Source: Dicyema japonicum
Taxonomy: Eukaryota > Animalia > Dicyemida
Direction of reading: 5' to 3'
NCBI GenBank assembly: GCA_011109175.1
Contig: RDEW01000012.1
Span: 1,153,220-1,217,219 of the forward strand
Length of the DNA: 64,000 nucleotides
Positions 63,490-64,000 of the stretch are shown here, one piece after another. A model generated the notes under the pieces. That model was not told the origin of the DNA, did not search any database, and saw only the letters and a list, made by a program, of their open reading frames with translations. The position numbers and the translations under genes were made by a program. The stretch's first letter is position 1; the number at the start of each line of letters is the position of its first letter.

Positions 63490-64000
63490 TACTCACGTGA
63501 TCCCTGCACGCTCTAACAGAGACTTCAACTTAGCAACGATGTTCTTCCTCGAACTCACACAAGCATGTATCACTCATACAACCGGATGCTCGTAGTCATA
63601 CTGGCTCGTTTCATGAGGATTAGGAAAATCTACAGGAAATGGAGAGGGGACCTTTCCAGAAGTCCTTTTCAATTTATATCAGCAAGCTCTATCTTCCAGT
63701 TATGCACTGAAAATAGCATATGCTTTTTTTCTCTCTCTCTAGATTTGCACTTTCCTTTTAAGAGGATCGAGCGTATAAACTTTCTCAAACAGAAAACCAT
63801 CGTGTGTGATTGGCTTGAGTACGATTCTCACATTTCTACCTATAAATTGACCCGCAGCTGGTTGAAGGCCGTCGGTCTCATACTGCTAACGAGAGGAGGA
63901 GAACTACCGGGAAAAATTTGGCACGATTTTTTTTGAATTAAATTTTATAAATTAAATTTAATTATTCATTTAATCACAGAACGCTGGATTTCTGGAGAGT

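Noticed and set aside
63565-63936. Possible MOK-like kinase N-terminus (GEGTFPEV...YALK)
   Set aside because: Motifs lie in different frames without a valid GT-AG join, and later kinase subdomains are absent.

Overview
AT-rich, transposon-saturated animal genomic DNA. Otx and DSTYK are metazoan-specific. No prokaryotic features or CRISPR were seen. Five host genes can be reconstructed by hand once very short GT-AG introns (mostly 21-28 nt) are allowed: the 3' end of INTS4 (1-492), DCTN2/dynamitin (15593-16842), TOMM20 (36623-37199, intact), an Otx-class homeobox gene (42479-43671, minus) and DSTYK (59195-62010). Several carry 1-2 nt indels, probably consensus errors, though pseudogenisation is not excluded. 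The micro-introns suggest a highly reduced parasite such as a dicyemid mesozoan; this is inference, and a myxozoan is an alternative. The remainder is nested, decayed mobile DNA: RTE, CR1-like, Jockey/I-like, CRE-like and R4/NeSL-like retroelements, hAT, Tigger/pogo, Tc1, MULE/FLYWCH and Ginger-like transposons, and several SINE families. The most interesting signals are an apparent length-ruler for 3' splice-site choice, a transposase carrying host-sized micro-introns, and a B-box-less SINE with a pseudoknot-like core. Also notable are an unusual Otx gene model, a 2A-like motif in a LINE, and telomere-like arrays beside Ginger-like elements. Protein family calls are from recalled sequence similarity, not database searches.
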